Positions 28,783-39,855 of a DNA stretch of 64,000 nt are shown here, piece by piece. Source of the stretch: an uncultured Acidobacteriota bacterium (lineage in GTDB: Bacteria; Acidobacteriota; Blastocatellia; RBC074); assembly GCA_963796275.1 (NCBI GenBank), contig CAWCKY010000006.1, positions 672,001 to 736,000 on the forward strand, written 5' to 3'. Numbering within the stretch: the first letter of the stretch is position 1; each line of letters starts with the position of its first letter. The position numbers and the translations under genes were made by a program. The notes under the pieces are model-generated. The model had not been told where the DNA came from, made no database searches, and saw only the letters and a list, made by a program, of their open reading frames with translations.

Positions 28783-29811
28783 ATGAAAGCTGCCGTTTTG
28801 CATTCATTCGCAGAACCATTAGTTATAGAAGAAGTCGCCACGCCAGCGCCTGGTCCGGGCCAACTGTTGATCAAAGTCGCCGCTTGCGGCGTCTGCCATT
28901 CGGATTTGCACCTGGCATTGGGCGAATGGGATTTACTAAGACCGATTACGAAATTGCCATTAATTCTCGGTCACGAAGTCGCCGGCACAATCGAGGCGGT
29001 CGGCGATGACGTGACAGGTTTTGCCATCGGAGATCGCGTCGGAGTGCCCTGGTTGCACTACACCTGCGGCGAATGCGAGTTTTGCTCGAACGGCCGAGAG
29101 ACTCTGTGTTTGAAGCAACAAGTAACCGGATGCACCGTCGATGGCGGGTTCGCCGAATTCGTCAAGGCAAATGCCAGCCATACTGCGAAGCTTCCTGCTG
29201 AATTGAGTTTTGAAGAAGCCGCTCCGCTGCTTTGCGCGGGATTGACTGTTCACAATGCGATGAAGAGATGCGGCGTGGGTGCGGGGCAAAAAATTGCGAT
29301 CTTCGGGATCGGCGGACTTGGCCACCTCGCGATCCAACTGGCAAAGGCCAGGGGCGCGCAGGTGATCGGCGTCGATATCGCCGACGACAAGCTTGAACTG
29401 GCGCGAGAATGCGGCGCGGATTTAGTAGTTAATGGCGCGACGACACAGGCCTACAAAGAGATAAAGAAGATCAGCGGGGGCGGAGCACACGTCGCTATGG
29501 TGACCTCGGCGTCTCGCGCCGCCTATGAAACCGCGCTGCGTTCGTTGCGGCGGGGCGGAACTCTTTCGGTCGTGGGTATGGCGCCCGATCCTATCAGCGT
29601 TTCAACCGTATCGTTGGTGTCGGGTGAGTATAAGATCATCGCTTCCGCCGTTGGAACGCGAGAAGATCTGCATGAGGTGTTGCAAATAGCCGCCGAAGGC
29701 AAGGTTAGATGTAAGATCGAGATGAAAGAGTTGGCGGAAGTCAATGGAGTAATGAGCGATTTGAAGGAAGGCCGGTTGGTTGGGCGGGTGGTTTTACGCA
29801 GCAAATTTTGA
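28783..29811 (+). CDS. Zinc-dependent alcohol dehydrogenase (AdhP-like)
   Basis: CHSD, GHE, CGECEFC, CAG, GIGGLG. Confidence 0.92.
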   Translation: MKAAVLHSFAEPLVIEEVATPAPGPGQLLIKVAACGVCHSDLHLALGEWDLLRPITKLPLILGHEVAGTIEAVGDDVTGFAIGDRVGVPWLHYTCGECEFCSNGRETLCLKQQVTGCTVDGGFAEFVKANASHTAKLPAELSFEEAAPLLCAGLTVHNAMKRCGVGAGQKIAIFGIGGLGHLAIQLAKARGAQVIGVDIADDKLELARECGADLVVNGATTQAYKEIKKISGGGAHVAMVTSASRAAYETALRSLRRGGTLSVVGMAPDPISVSTVSLVSGEYKIIASAVGTREDLHEVLQIAAEGKVRCKIEMKELAEVNGVMSDLKEGRLVGRVVLRSKF

Positions 29812-29884
29812 GAAGGACTGACCACAAAAGCATAGAAATGATCACAGAAGATGCGATTTCCGTGCTTTTGTGGTCGTCGCACGC

Positions 29885-31405
29885 TCAAACCAATCTGCGA
29901 TGCTCACTGAAGGCTGAGCCCAGATCGCGTACCAAGTTATCGTGCAAAGCCTGCATCTTCCGATATACCGACACTCGCTCAGCATCAGGTCTGGTCCGCG
30001 TTTGTTCGTCGAGAGCTACGTAGCGGCTGCAGAGGTCTTCAATACTGGCGGGATCACTATTGTTTTTGCGATAAGCCCACGCCGCTTGAATGGCTGCACC
30101 TGCAGCTGCCCCTTCTTCATTCTTTACGCAGACAACCTCGGCATCGAAGACGTCTGCGAGAATCTGCCGCCATACACTGCTCTTCGAGCCGCCGCCAGTC
30201 GCTCTTATTTCGCGCGGTCGAATCCCCAGCTCGCGCAATCGATTCAAGCCGTAATTTAAACCGATGGTCGTCCCTTCCATCGCCGCCCGCGCGAAATGAG
30301 CGATGGAAAACGTCCTGTCACGCAGGCCGAAGTAAACGCCCGTCCCATCCGGCACGTTCGGCGTGCGCTCGCCCTCGAAGAAGGGAATCAACATCAGTCC
30401 ATCGTTGCCGGCGGGTGCCGATGCCGCGGCTGCCGATAAATCGTCATGCGATAGATTGAAACGCTCGCGGACCATCTCGGTTGCAACAGTGACGTTCATC
30501 GTGCAGACGAGCGGCAGCCATCGCCCTGTCGAATCGCAGAAGGCCGCGACCTCTCCTTGCGGATCTATCACCGGCCTCGAGGAGCAGGCATATATCGTCC
30601 CGGATGTGCCGAGGCTGACCGTGACGGTTCCCTCGCGTACGTTGCCGGTGCCGATGGCCCCCATCATATTGTCACCGCCGCCCGAGCTGACAATGACCTT
30701 TTCACTCAGGCCCAACTCATCGGCCCGGTCCCGACTGAGCCTGCCTGCGATCTCATCCGATTCGATCAACGGCGGAAGCATTTCGATTACTGCCGGATCG
30801 ATCGCGCTTATCGCCTCGCGCGACCATTTACGACTGCGGATATCGAGCAAGGCCGTTCCCGAAGCGTCGCCGTATTCCATGGTTTTGCGCCCGGTCAGGA
30901 AGAAATTGATGTAGTCGTGCGGCAACAAGATCCAGCGCAGCTTTCTGTAGTTCTCCGGCTCGTTTTTTTTGAGCCAGAGAATTTTGGACGCGGTGAAGCC
31001 TGCAGGTATGCCATTCCCGACGGCCGCAATCGTTTTATCCAGCCCTCCCAGCTTATCGATGATCTCTTCGCATTCAAGGCTCGTGCTTGTGTCGCACCAG
31101 AGTTTGGCAGCACGAATGACCCGATCGTTTTGGTCGAGCGCGACAAAGCCGTGCTGCTGTCCCGAAACGCCGATGCCCCGCACCTCGTTGCGATCAATGC
31201 CCGATCGGTCGAGCACCTCTTTGATCGTCTCGCGCACAGCCTCGATCCATCCCTCCGGGTGCTGCTCCTTGTAGCCCGCGGGAAGACCCTCGATCAGGTC
31301 ATACGATCTGCTCGCGCTTCCGATAATCTCTCCGCTCGCCCCATCGAGCAGGATCGTTTTGGTGCTCTGTGTGCCGCTGTCGATGCCAATGAAATATTCG
31401 CTCAT
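29885..31405 (-). CDS. xylB: Xylulokinase
   Basis: GIDSGTQSTK, SGQQHG, AKLWCD, GGGDNM, SLGTSG, GERTP. Confidence 0.88.
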   Translation of the reverse strand: MSEYFIGIDSGTQSTKTILLDGASGEIIGSASRSYDLIEGLPAGYKEQHPEGWIEAVRETIKEVLDRSGIDRNEVRGIGVSGQQHGFVALDQNDRVIRAAKLWCDTSTSLECEEIIDKLGGLDKTIAAVGNGIPAGFTASKILWLKKNEPENYRKLRWILLPHDYINFFLTGRKTMEYGDASGTALLDIRSRKWSREAISAIDPAVIEMLPPLIESDEIAGRLSRDRADELGLSEKVIVSSGGGDNMMGAIGTGNVREGTVTVSLGTSGTIYACSSRPVIDPQGEVAAFCDSTGRWLPLVCTMNVTVATEMVRERFNLSHDDLSAAAASAPAGNDGLMLIPFFEGERTPNVPDGTGVYFGLRDRTFSIAHFARAAMEGTTIGLNYGLNRLRELGIRPREIRATGGGSKSSVWRQILADVFDAEVVCVKNEEGAAAGAAIQAAWAYRKNNSDPASIEDLCSRYVALDEQTRTRPDAERVSVYRKMQALHDNLVRDLGSAFSEHRRLV

Positions 31406-31487
31406 AAACACCTACGATATTGGTGACCGGAGGCTGAGGCGACATATCGATAGCTCCCATCCTCAACCTCCAATCCCAGCCCAGTTC

Positions 31488-32330
31488 TCAGCTGGGACTG
31501 ACAAACGTATTTTTCAGCGTCCCAACCTTGTCAATAACTACTTCAAATACATCTCCGTCTTTCAGTAATCTCGGCGGTTTGCGAAAAACGCCCACACCCT
31601 CGGGCGTCCCGGTTGCTATGACGTCGCCTGGTTCCAGCGTGATCGCCTGCGTGATGTAGCTGATTAAATATGCGACGCCGAAGATCATCATTTTCGTATT
31701 CGACGACTGCATCACTTCGCCATTCAATATCCCTTCGATTTTCAGCGATTGTGGATCGGGGATTTCGTCCTTGGTCGTAATGAACGGGCCAAGCGGAGCG
31801 AAGCCGTCAAGGCCTTTCCCGCGCACCCATTGGCCATCGCTGAATTGCAGGTCGCGTGCGCTGACATCGTTCAAACAGGAATAGCCGAATACGTATGAGA
31901 GCGCGTCGGTTTCGCTGACTTTGCTTGCGCGCCGGCCGATTACGACTGCGAGCTCGGCTTCGAAATCGATCTGTTCGCTGATTGAATGCAGGCTGACAGG
32001 CGCATTGTGGGCATTCAACGCGTTGGGAAATTTGGTGAAGAGCAGCGGCGATTTGGGCGGTTCGTTGCCTCCCTCGGTCGCGTGTTCCTGGTAGTTTCGT
32101 CCAATTGCAATGACCTTACCCGGATAGACCGCCGGCAGATATTCCACAGCATCCAGCGCGAACGCCGATTTCGATGTGATGTTTTTCGCCGCGTGGAGCG
32201 CCGGCGATCCCGCTCTGATCAGCGAAAGCATGTCGGGGGCTATTTCGCTGATATCTACCAATACCTCACCTTTGATCAGGCCAAGACGAGTTCCTTCGAG
32301 TGTTTTCGTTCTGAATTGTGCAAGTTTCAT
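31488..32330 (-). CDS. Fumarylacetoacetate hydrolase family protein
   Basis: IGRNY, DFEAEL, NDVSARD, GDVIATGTP. Confidence 0.9.
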   Translation of the reverse strand: MKLAQFRTKTLEGTRLGLIKGEVLVDISEIAPDMLSLIRAGSPALHAAKNITSKSAFALDAVEYLPAVYPGKVIAIGRNYQEHATEGGNEPPKSPLLFTKFPNALNAHNAPVSLHSISEQIDFEAELAVVIGRRASKVSETDALSYVFGYSCLNDVSARDLQFSDGQWVRGKGLDGFAPLGPFITTKDEIPDPQSLKIEGILNGEVMQSSNTKMMIFGVAYLISYITQAITLEPGDVIATGTPEGVGVFRKPPRLLKDGDVFEVVIDKVGTLKNTFVSPS

Positions 32331-32371
32331 GAAATAGTCCTTGAGTTAATTGGTAATAGGAATTACGCGCG

Positions 32372-33379
32372 TTACGACTCAGCAGCCTCGAGTCTGCGCC
32401 TTTGAAATTCATCGAATGTTACGGCGAGCACTATGACTGCGCCGATGACTATCTTTTGGACGAAGGGAGAAATCTGCAGGAGATTTCCGCCGTTCGCCAG
32501 AACGCCCATGATCAATGAACCGATGATCGTGCCGACTACTGTACCCTGGCCGCCGCTCAAGCTGCCGCCGCCTATGACGACGGCGGCGATCACATTCAAT
32601 TCATAGCCCTCACCCGCATTCGGCTGGCCGGTGACGGTTCGCGATGTTTCGATTGCCCCGGCGAGCCCGCTCAGCGTGCCGAGGATCAGGTAATAGAGTA
32701 TCTGGTAGCGCGACACGCGGATGCCTGCGTAACGTGCGGCTTCAATATTGCTCCCCATCGCATAACAGTAGCGGCCGAGCTGGGTATTGCTGAGCGCGAA
32801 ATGCACGATCAGCGCGAGCGCCAGGACGAGCAACAGAGGCAAAGGGATGAAACCCAGTAGATTGCGTTCGGCCAGGTATCCGGCTGCCGCCGGCAGACCG
32901 GCTTCCGCCTGTCCATCGGAGATGTACAATGCCAAACCTCGATAAATCCCCATGGCACCGAGCGTCACAATGAATGCCGGTATTTTGAGCGCTGTAATTG
33001 CTGCTCCATTGAGAAAACCGCAAACGGTCCCGACAGCAAGGCAGACGAGAAATCCCACAATTACCGGCGCACCTCCAGTCATCGCTATTGCGCCGAGCAC
33101 GCCCGACAGCCCGACGATCGAGCCGACCGATAGATCGATCCCACCCGAGACCATCACCATGGTCATCCCCATCGCCATAATCGTGATCACTGCGGTCTGG
33201 CGCGCGATTGCCGCCAGATTGCCGGGTGTGAGGAACTTCGGATCGTTGCCGAGTACGGCAAACTCACAGAGGGGGATGAGCGCACAAAGTGCGATTAAAC
33301 TGATGAAAGGGAGGAAGCGTTTAGCCCAATCACTCAGTTTCCAGTTGCCGGCTTCCAGTTTCCAGTTTTCGGTTTTCAG
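32372..33379 (-). CDS. Sugar ABC transporter permease (RbsC-like); start uncertain
   Basis: GGIDLSVG, FIVTLG, YELNVIAAVVIGG; the frame stays open upstream of the track start (first TM KRFLPFISLIAL) with no ATG/GTG/TTG; CTG at 33379 taken as provisional start. Confidence 0.85.
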   Translation of the reverse strand: MKTENWKLEAGNWKLSDWAKRFLPFISLIALCALIPLCEFAVLGNDPKFLTPGNLAAIARQTAVITIMAMGMTMVMVSGGIDLSVGSIVGLSGVLGAIAMTGGAPVIVGFLVCLAVGTVCGFLNGAAITALKIPAFIVTLGAMGIYRGLALYISDGQAEAGLPAAAGYLAERNLLGFIPLPLLLVLALALIVHFALSNTQLGRYCYAMGSNIEAARYAGIRVSRYQILYYLILGTLSGLAGAIETSRTVTGQPNAGEGYELNVIAAVVIGGGSLSGGQGTVVGTIIGSLIMGVLANGGNLLQISPFVQKIVIGAVIVLAVTFDEFQRRRLEAAES

Positions 33380-33561
33380 TGTTTTCTTCCTAGTTGCGGC
33401 TCGCTACTCACTTTGAGTAGGGTTTTTTTCAATACAGTTCTGCTGGCCACGCGGCAGCAAAACAGTATTTCAAATATCGGTATTCAAGATGAACGACCCG
33501 AGGGTTTCCAGTTCCCGGTTCCAGCTGGTAGATCATGGTGCATCAAAAGGCAAACGGGAAA

Positions 33562-35064
33562 CTATTCTTCAACGGCGGCATATTTCAAAATTTCTTCCTG
33601 TGTCGTTTTCTTAGCATCGAGTTCTGCCACCAAATGGCCCCGGCGCATTACCAGGATGCGATCGGCCATTCCTATCAGTTCGGGCAAATCGGAAGAGACT
33701 ATAACTATCGCCGCGCCCGCTTCGGCGAGTTCATTGATCTCGCGATATATCTCCGATCTCGCCGCCACATCGACTCCACGGGTCGGCTCATCGAGCAGGA
33801 AGACCTGCGAATTGGCGAAGAGCCAGCGCGCGAGCAACGATTTCTGCTGATTACCCCCGCTCAGGCGGCCAACGATCTTCGCCGGCGACGCAGGCCTGAT
33901 GCCCAGCTTCCGAATATATTCGCCGGCGGCTCTGGTTTCGAGCTTGTGTTGTAACCGGCCGCCTCTGATCAGCGCGCGCACGTTGGCGAGCGTGATGTTG
34001 GTTGAGAGTGGAAGGTTCAGGCAAAGCCCGGTGCGCTTCCGGTCTTCAGTCAACAGGCTCAGTCCGCTCTTGACGGAGACGTTAGGCCGGGCGAGCTCGA
34101 TTTTTTTCCCGTTGATCTCGATATCGCCGGTCGCCGCGCTGTGGGCGCCGAAGATGGCCTCGGCGACCTCGGTGCGTCCCGCACCCGCCAAACCCGCGAT
34201 GCCGAGGACTTCGCCGCCACGCGCTTCGAAGCTGACATTCTCAAATTTCGGCGGGCGGGAGAGGTTCCGTATGCGCAATTTCACCTCGCCGGGCTGCGCC
34301 TTGCGGGGAGGGAATATCTCTTTCAATGCTCGACCCGCCATATGCCGAATCGTCTCATCGGTCGATATCTCGCCCCACCCGCCGACATAGACTACACGGC
34401 CATCGCGCAGGATCATCAAACGATCGGCAATACTATTGAGCTCTTCCAGTCGATGCGAGATGTATATGATCGCGAGGCCGCGCGCTTTCAGACCGCGGAT
34501 CAGCCGGAAGAGCTCTTCGACTTCGTGTGAGGTGAGTGACGAGGTGGGCTCGTCCATGACTATCACTCGGCGCGCTTCCACGACGGCGCGCGTGATTTCG
34601 ACTAGCTGGCGGTCGGCCGCGCTCAGGCGCCCGAGCCGCGTTCGCGGATTGATATTAAAACCGTAATCGTCGAGCAGTACCTGCGCGCGGGCGTTGAGCT
34701 CACCGCGATTGATATAACCGATCGGTGCGAGCTTGAGCGGCTCGCGTCCCAGAAAGATGTTTTCGGCAACGGTGAGATGTGGAGCGAGCGACAATTCCTG
34801 ATAGATCATCGCAATGCCGGCCGCGAGGGCATCGGCGGGGCGAGCGAAATTCACGGGGTTGCCTTCGATCACTATCTCGCCGGCATCGGGGTGATGGACG
34901 CCGGATAGGATTTTCATGAGCGTGGATTTTCCCGCACCGTTTTCACCAACTAGCGCTATGACTTCGCCCGTACGCGCCGACAGGTCGACATCGGCAAGTA
35001 CAGTGTTGCCGGCAAATGATTTGGTGATGCCGCGCATTTCCAGCGCAGGACTACTGGTGCTCAT
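33562..35064 (-). CDS. Sugar ABC transporter ATP-binding protein (RbsA-like)
   Basis: [29 protein letters not shown]. Confidence 0.95.
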   Translation of the reverse strand: MSTSSPALEMRGITKSFAGNTVLADVDLSARTGEVIALVGENGAGKSTLMKILSGVHHPDAGEIVIEGNPVNFARPADALAAGIAMIYQELSLAPHLTVAENIFLGREPLKLAPIGYINRGELNARAQVLLDDYGFNINPRTRLGRLSAADRQLVEITRAVVEARRVIVMDEPTSSLTSHEVEELFRLIRGLKARGLAIIYISHRLEELNSIADRLMILRDGRVVYVGGWGEISTDETIRHMAGRALKEIFPPRKAQPGEVKLRIRNLSRPPKFENVSFEARGGEVLGIAGLAGAGRTEVAEAIFGAHSAATGDIEINGKKIELARPNVSVKSGLSLLTEDRKRTGLCLNLPLSTNITLANVRALIRGGRLQHKLETRAAGEYIRKLGIRPASPAKIVGRLSGGNQQKSLLARWLFANSQVFLLDEPTRGVDVAARSEIYREINELAEAGAAIVIVSSDLPELIGMADRILVMRRGHLVAELDAKKTTQEEILKYAAVEE

Positions 35065-35254
35065 GTCGAAAGGTCAGAGGAAAAACAAAAAGGCAAAAAA
35101 AACAAAATATAGAAAGGAAAGTATGAAACAAAGCCGATGCTGCCGGGCTTTTTGCCTTTTCTGCTCCCGGTTGCTCATTGTCCCGTTTGTTCCGTCGCCC
35201 GGTTTCCCCGATTATCCCCGATGCCCGTTGCCCAGTTTTTCCCCTTATTTAAGT

Positions 35255-35501
35255 GAGGATTGTGCAAATAAAAGGTCAATTGAATCAACATAATCGCACC
35301 TGAGCGCCAGAGGCGCGGGATGTTTATAGTTTTCGATCACGCAAATCTCGCAAGCTCCGGAGGAGCGATATCTGAATGTTTATATGTCGCTCCTCCGCCG
35401 GAGCTTGTGACGAATCTTGTCATCAAAGCTATAAACATCAGACTCCTCGGGAGCCGATCAGAAACCATTGGCTACAATCAACTTTACTTTACACAGTCTT
35501 C
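35255..35501. mobile_element. MITE-like element, copy 3, with 8-bp target duplication ATTTAAGT
   Basis: Ends GAGGATTGTGCAAATAAAAG...CTTTACACAGTCTTC; direct repeats at 35247-35254 and 35502-35509. Confidence 0.85.
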
Positions 35502-36459
35502 ATTTAAGTAATTGGAGAATTTCCGGCGTGTCCATATTCTCCTTGGTTAACAATTTCACCCCTGTGTCAATACGTTTTTGCGGTTCCTTACCGCTGAGTT
35601 TCTCGACCACAGTCTTCACGCCATCGTAACCCATCCTAAATGGATTTTGTAACACCAGGGAATCGATTGCGCCTTCCTTGACGTTGTTGACGAGATCGGG
35701 AGTGGCGTCGAAACCGACCAGCACGACCTTGCTGGCGAGGTTTCGTTGGCGGATAGCGCGAACTGCACCGACCGTCGATGATTCGTTGGAGGCGAACATC
35801 CCGTTGAGGTCGGGGTGAGCGGTCAGAATATCTTCAGCGGCCTGAAGCGATTTGGACGCGCTGGCCTCGCCGTAGAGGAATTGTGCGATCTGGATGCCGG
35901 GAAACTGTTCTTTGATCGTCGCTTCGAATCCCTCTTCGCGTTCATCTGTTGAGACCGAGCCTTTCTTGACCCCAAGGATTGCGACCTTGCCTTTGCCGCC
36001 GAGTTTCTCTCCCATGCGTTTGGCCGCTACCACGCCTCCTTCGCGGTTATCCGTCGATACATATGACAGGTAGTTCTCCGTCGAAATACCCGAGTCGAAG
36101 ATCGTCACGGGTATCCCTTCGCGTTGCGCCCGTTGGACCATCGGTACCAGGGAATCGCCGTGTGACGGGGCCAGAACGATACCGTCGACCTGCCGGTTGA
36201 TGGCGTCCTCGACGATATTGATCTGACCGGCTATGTCGGTCTCCGACGCTGCACCTTTCCAGTTGATTTCTACGTTGAGGTCCTGGCCCGCGGCGTCTGC
36301 CCCGGCTTTGACCGATAGCCAGAATGAATGCGAAACGCCTTTGGGGATGACGGCGATCACTTTTTGGGATTTGTTAGCTGCGTTTCGATTGCATGCGGTA
36401 ATGATCAGGAGGGCAAAGAGTGAAAGGGTAATCAGAATCGCGAGATTTCTCTTTTTCAT
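35500..36459 (-). CDS. Sugar ABC substrate-binding lipoprotein (RbsB-like)
   Basis: Lipobox ITAC; IAVIPKG..FW, VSTDN, VGFD, QNPFRMG. Confidence 0.92.
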   Translation of the reverse strand: MKKRNLAILITLSLFALLIITACNRNAANKSQKVIAVIPKGVSHSFWLSVKAGADAAGQDLNVEINWKGAASETDIAGQINIVEDAINRQVDGIVLAPSHGDSLVPMVQRAQREGIPVTIFDSGISTENYLSYVSTDNREGGVVAAKRMGEKLGGKGKVAILGVKKGSVSTDEREEGFEATIKEQFPGIQIAQFLYGEASASKSLQAAEDILTAHPDLNGMFASNESSTVGAVRAIRQRNLASKVVLVGFDATPDLVNNVKEGAIDSLVLQNPFRMGYDGVKTVVEKLSGKEPQKRIDTGVKLLTKENMDTPEILQLLK

Positions 36460-37625
36460 ACGAGGACAACTACTCCTTTGATGAAATCCGCACCGAAGCG
36501 GTCATTCGCGAAAACCTGCGGAACCTCCTCGAGCGTGCGGTAGCGGTGAGTGATAAGTCGGGAAACATCGATCCGTCCTGTGCTCAGTAGTTCGAGCGAT
36601 TTACGATAGGTGCTGGATCTGCCGTCTGCTTCAAACTTACCCGAGGCTCCTATCGGAGCGATGAGCGTCGGCTCCAAAAACTGCACATTATTGAGCACGC
36701 CCAGGTCAACGCCGTGATGGCCATGCCCGTAAAGGAGCACCGACGCCTGTTTGCGCAGCAGCCCCGGCATCTGTTTGAACAATTGAGCGATGCCCGCCGA
36801 TTCGATCAAATAATGTATCCGTTCGCCATGTGTCAGGTCATTCACGGCCTCGATCAGATCCGTAGTGGCCGGATCGATCACCGTCGCGCCGTATGCGGCG
36901 GCCAACTCGCGGCGTTTTACATTCGGTTCGGTCACTATGAGAAGTCCATCGAAGCCGATGACGTTGCGCAAATATTGAATGAAGAAAAGACCCGCAGGTC
37001 CGGCGCCGCAAATCAGGACCGAGCGGATAGGCCTTTCACCGTTGAACCGATAGCGGCCCGGCGTTTTCATCATCGTTTCGCTGGAATGGATGACGCAGCC
37101 GAGCGACTCGACCAGGGCGGCCCGGTCCGGCGGCAGATCGCTCTCGATCTTCACGGCATTGACTGCGGGGACGGCAATATAGTCCGCCAGCGCTCCCTGC
37201 AGGCCGGTGATGCCGTGCTCGGCGTAGTTAGCACATTGATGTGAGTCTCCGGTCAGGCAATATTCACACAACGCGCTTTCGCCGCGGCTCACGCAGCTCA
37301 ACCCCTGGTCCACTACGACGCTATCGCCGACCTGCAAATCCCCCACTCCGCTTCCCGTTTCAATAACTCTGCCGCAGAATTCGTGGCCGAGTATCTGCGG
37401 TTGTTCATCAAACGGAATCAGGCGGCCTCTCGCATCGCTATTGTAATTGGCGCGGCCTTCATATATGTGAAAGTCTGTGCCGCAGAAACCTACGCCTCCG
37501 ACCTTGAGCAGGACCTGGTGCGGTAACACTTGAGGTATGGGGATCTCGCGCAATTCCATCTTCTGCGGTGCAGTGACGGCCAATGCGCGCATTGACGACT
37601 TATGGTTTGATGTTCGGTCAGTCAT
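36456..37625 (-). CDS. Zinc-binding polyol/sugar dehydrogenase (MDR family)
   Basis: CGTD, GHE, CEYC, GAGPAG. Confidence 0.85.
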   Translation of the reverse strand: MTDRTSNHKSSMRALAVTAPQKMELREIPIPQVLPHQVLLKVGGVGFCGTDFHIYEGRANYNSDARGRLIPFDEQPQILGHEFCGRVIETGSGVGDLQVGDSVVVDQGLSCVSRGESALCEYCLTGDSHQCANYAEHGITGLQGALADYIAVPAVNAVKIESDLPPDRAALVESLGCVIHSSETMMKTPGRYRFNGERPIRSVLICGAGPAGLFFIQYLRNVIGFDGLLIVTEPNVKRRELAAAYGATVIDPATTDLIEAVNDLTHGERIHYLIESAGIAQLFKQMPGLLRKQASVLLYGHGHHGVDLGVLNNVQFLEPTLIAPIGASGKFEADGRSSTYRKSLELLSTGRIDVSRLITHRYRTLEEVPQVFANDRFGADFIKGVVVLV

Positions 37626-37736
37626 TTTGGCCTTCTTATAGCGGGAAATCAGTACCGCGAGCGGTAGCGACGAGATTCCACTAGTTGTTGATTGATGGAG
37701 AACTCGCTGCGATACCGATTGTATCGCCCTCCACCA

Positions 37737-38744
37737 TTAAATATCGAGTTCGCTCGCGTCCAGCCTGCCTTCTTTTTGCAATTGTCTGAACCGATCGATT
37801 GTCTCCCTGACACCGCGGGCCAGAGAGGTATGAGGCACGCCGCCGAGGGCTTTCACTATTGCCGCATCGTCGAGCTCCGAGGGTATCGCGAGCGGCGTAT
37901 CGATGAAGGTGATCGTTCCTTTCGCTGCCGGAATTATTTTTTCGATCTCTCTGACGACATCGGCCATGTGGACCGTCTCGCCGTGGGAATTGAAGACATG
38001 CGCGCCTGGCAAATCTGATTTCGCCGCCAGGATGAAAGCATCGGCGCAATCGGCGACATACAGGAAATCGGTTCTGCCTCCGAAACGGATGTGGAACGGC
38101 CGGCCCAGACAGGCGGCTTTCATCGCCTTGGTAGGGTCCGATGTCATTCCAGTGTCGCGCCCGACACCGTATACTGTCAAAGGGCGCAAGCCGACGCTGC
38201 TGATGCCATCGTCGAGGAAAAAGATGCGCGCGTTATCTTCGTTGCATCGTTTAAAAGCACCGTAATGCGTGTTCATTCCGCCGGCGTCGGTTTCAACCGC
38301 GGCGCGGCGTTGTTCCGGTTGCCCCGGTTGCTCCGGCTGACCCTCGGCGCCGAAGACAGCGGCTGAGCTGGCGTATACGACTTTGGTCACCTTTCCGCCG
38401 GATTTTTTCGCTGCTTCGAAGATGTTGATAGTTCCAACGACGTTGATCAGCGCCCCGAGCCGCGGGTCGGAGCGGCAGGCCGGGACCTGAAGCCCGGCGA
38501 GGTGAATGATTTTGGTGACGCGATGCCTTTCCACTGTTTGCGAGAGGAGGTTGGCATCGGTGATATCGCCTTCGATGAACACCGGACGCGCGATTTCGTC
38601 TTCGTCCATTATGAGCTGCAGACGCTGCGGGTCGGCGCTCCTGTCGAAAATTACAACGCCCGCGTCTTCAGCGAGCAATCTTTTTACTACCCAGGCGCCG
38701 ATAAAACCGTGCGCGCCGGTCACTAGATAGATCGGTTGAGACAT
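37737..38744 (-). CDS. NAD-dependent epimerase/dehydratase (extended SDR)
   Basis: TGAHGFIG, HLAG, ASSAAV, YGAFK. Confidence 0.85.
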   Translation of the reverse strand: MSQPIYLVTGAHGFIGAWVVKRLLAEDAGVVIFDRSADPQRLQLIMDEDEIARPVFIEGDITDANLLSQTVERHRVTKIIHLAGLQVPACRSDPRLGALINVVGTINIFEAAKKSGGKVTKVVYASSAAVFGAEGQPEQPGQPEQRRAAVETDAGGMNTHYGAFKRCNEDNARIFFLDDGISSVGLRPLTVYGVGRDTGMTSDPTKAMKAACLGRPFHIRFGGRTDFLYVADCADAFILAAKSDLPGAHVFNSHGETVHMADVVREIEKIIPAAKGTITFIDTPLAIPSELDDAAIVKALGGVPHTSLARGVRETIDRFRQLQKEGRLDASELDI

Positions 38745-38991
38745 CGATATCGCCTTATCAGTAAGATTGCGGTAAACCCGGATGCGGTCCTTGGGACGAC
38801 GAATAATAGCAAAGGTCAGGCGGAATTGGGAATGCTGCACATAGTCGATGCAGGTTTGCAGAACTGAAAAGTAATATGTTATTCATTGGTTGCCTCCAAT
38901 GGATAAATTGTCAGGGATCTGACTGGTTCTAGAATTTCTATCAGGAAAAATCGGCGACGGACCGAGTGTCCGTTGAATTTTGGAGAGGACA

Positions 38992-39855
38992 ATGCGATTT
39001 GACCGCTCGAATGCAGTTCTATTTTTTATACTTCTCTCTATCTTCGTCCATTACGGTTGTTCCAAGTCTTCCGGGACTTCCACCGCCACACTGCCAACTT
39101 CTACGCCGGAACCTCCATTGCCCGAAGTTGGCCCCATGATCAAACGGATCGCGACGCAGGACGGTTGTCGGGATTTCACCGCGGTCATGGTCATGACAAC
39201 TCTAAACGAAGACAGTAAAAAGGATCAGGTAGAATTCAAAATACAGCGTCAATATTCGGCCGATCGCGTATCGACGTTTCTTTCGGTGCTCGCCCCACAC
39301 GAGGAGATAGACAAGGCATTACTCGCATTTGAGCGGCCGGATCAGGCGACGCAGGCCTTCTCATATCTTCCCGGATTAAGGAAGCTCAGCAAGCTCAATT
39401 CGGAAAAACAGATCAGTTTTCACGGCGCTAAGGTCACAGTCCAGGAGCTGCTCGGAATGGAACTCGATCAGTACACGCATGGCACGGGCGAACGCATTAT
39501 GAAAGGAGAGGAGGCGTTAATAAAAGTCGAATTTAAAGAGAAACCATACCTTGGATTGGCATTCCCGCGCATCGTCGGCCATTTCCGTGAAAGAGACGAG
39601 CAACCAATAGGATTTGAACTTTACGATTTGCGCAATGAGTTACAGAAGAGAGTCGAAATCCAAGAGGTCAAGCTGATCGAAAATCGCCAGACGATCACAA
39701 AAGTTATGATCGATGACCTAAGCCAGAAGCTCAGGGTCCAACTTCAAACTTTGAAAATCGCATACGATCGCGGGCTTCCGGAAAGCCTTTTCACCGAGAA
39801 ACACCTGATAAATTTTATTAGCAATGCGGGTCGCAAACTCGACCAGGACAAATAG
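38992..39855 (+). CDS. LolA-like outer-membrane lipoprotein-sorting family lipoprotein
   Basis: Lipobox YGC; SYLPGLRK and GLPESLFT motifs; adjacent to MMPL. Confidence 0.65.
   Translation: MRFDRSNAVLFFILLSIFVHYGCSKSSGTSTATLPTSTPEPPLPEVGPMIKRIATQDGCRDFTAVMVMTTLNEDSKKDQVEFKIQRQYSADRVSTFLSVLAPHEEIDKALLAFERPDQATQAFSYLPGLRKLSKLNSEKQISFHGAKVTVQELLGMELDQYTHGTGERIMKGEEALIKVEFKEKPYLGLAFPRIVGHFRERDEQPIGFELYDLRNELQKRVEIQEVKLIENRQTITKVMIDDLSQKLRVQLQTLKIAYDRGLPESLFTEKHLINFISNAGRKLDQDK

Noticed and set aside
37647-37672. AATCAGTACCGCGAGCGGTAGCG REP-like motif, with a partial inverse at about 11974-11989
   Set aside because: Only short degenerate matches in this window; not enough to define a family
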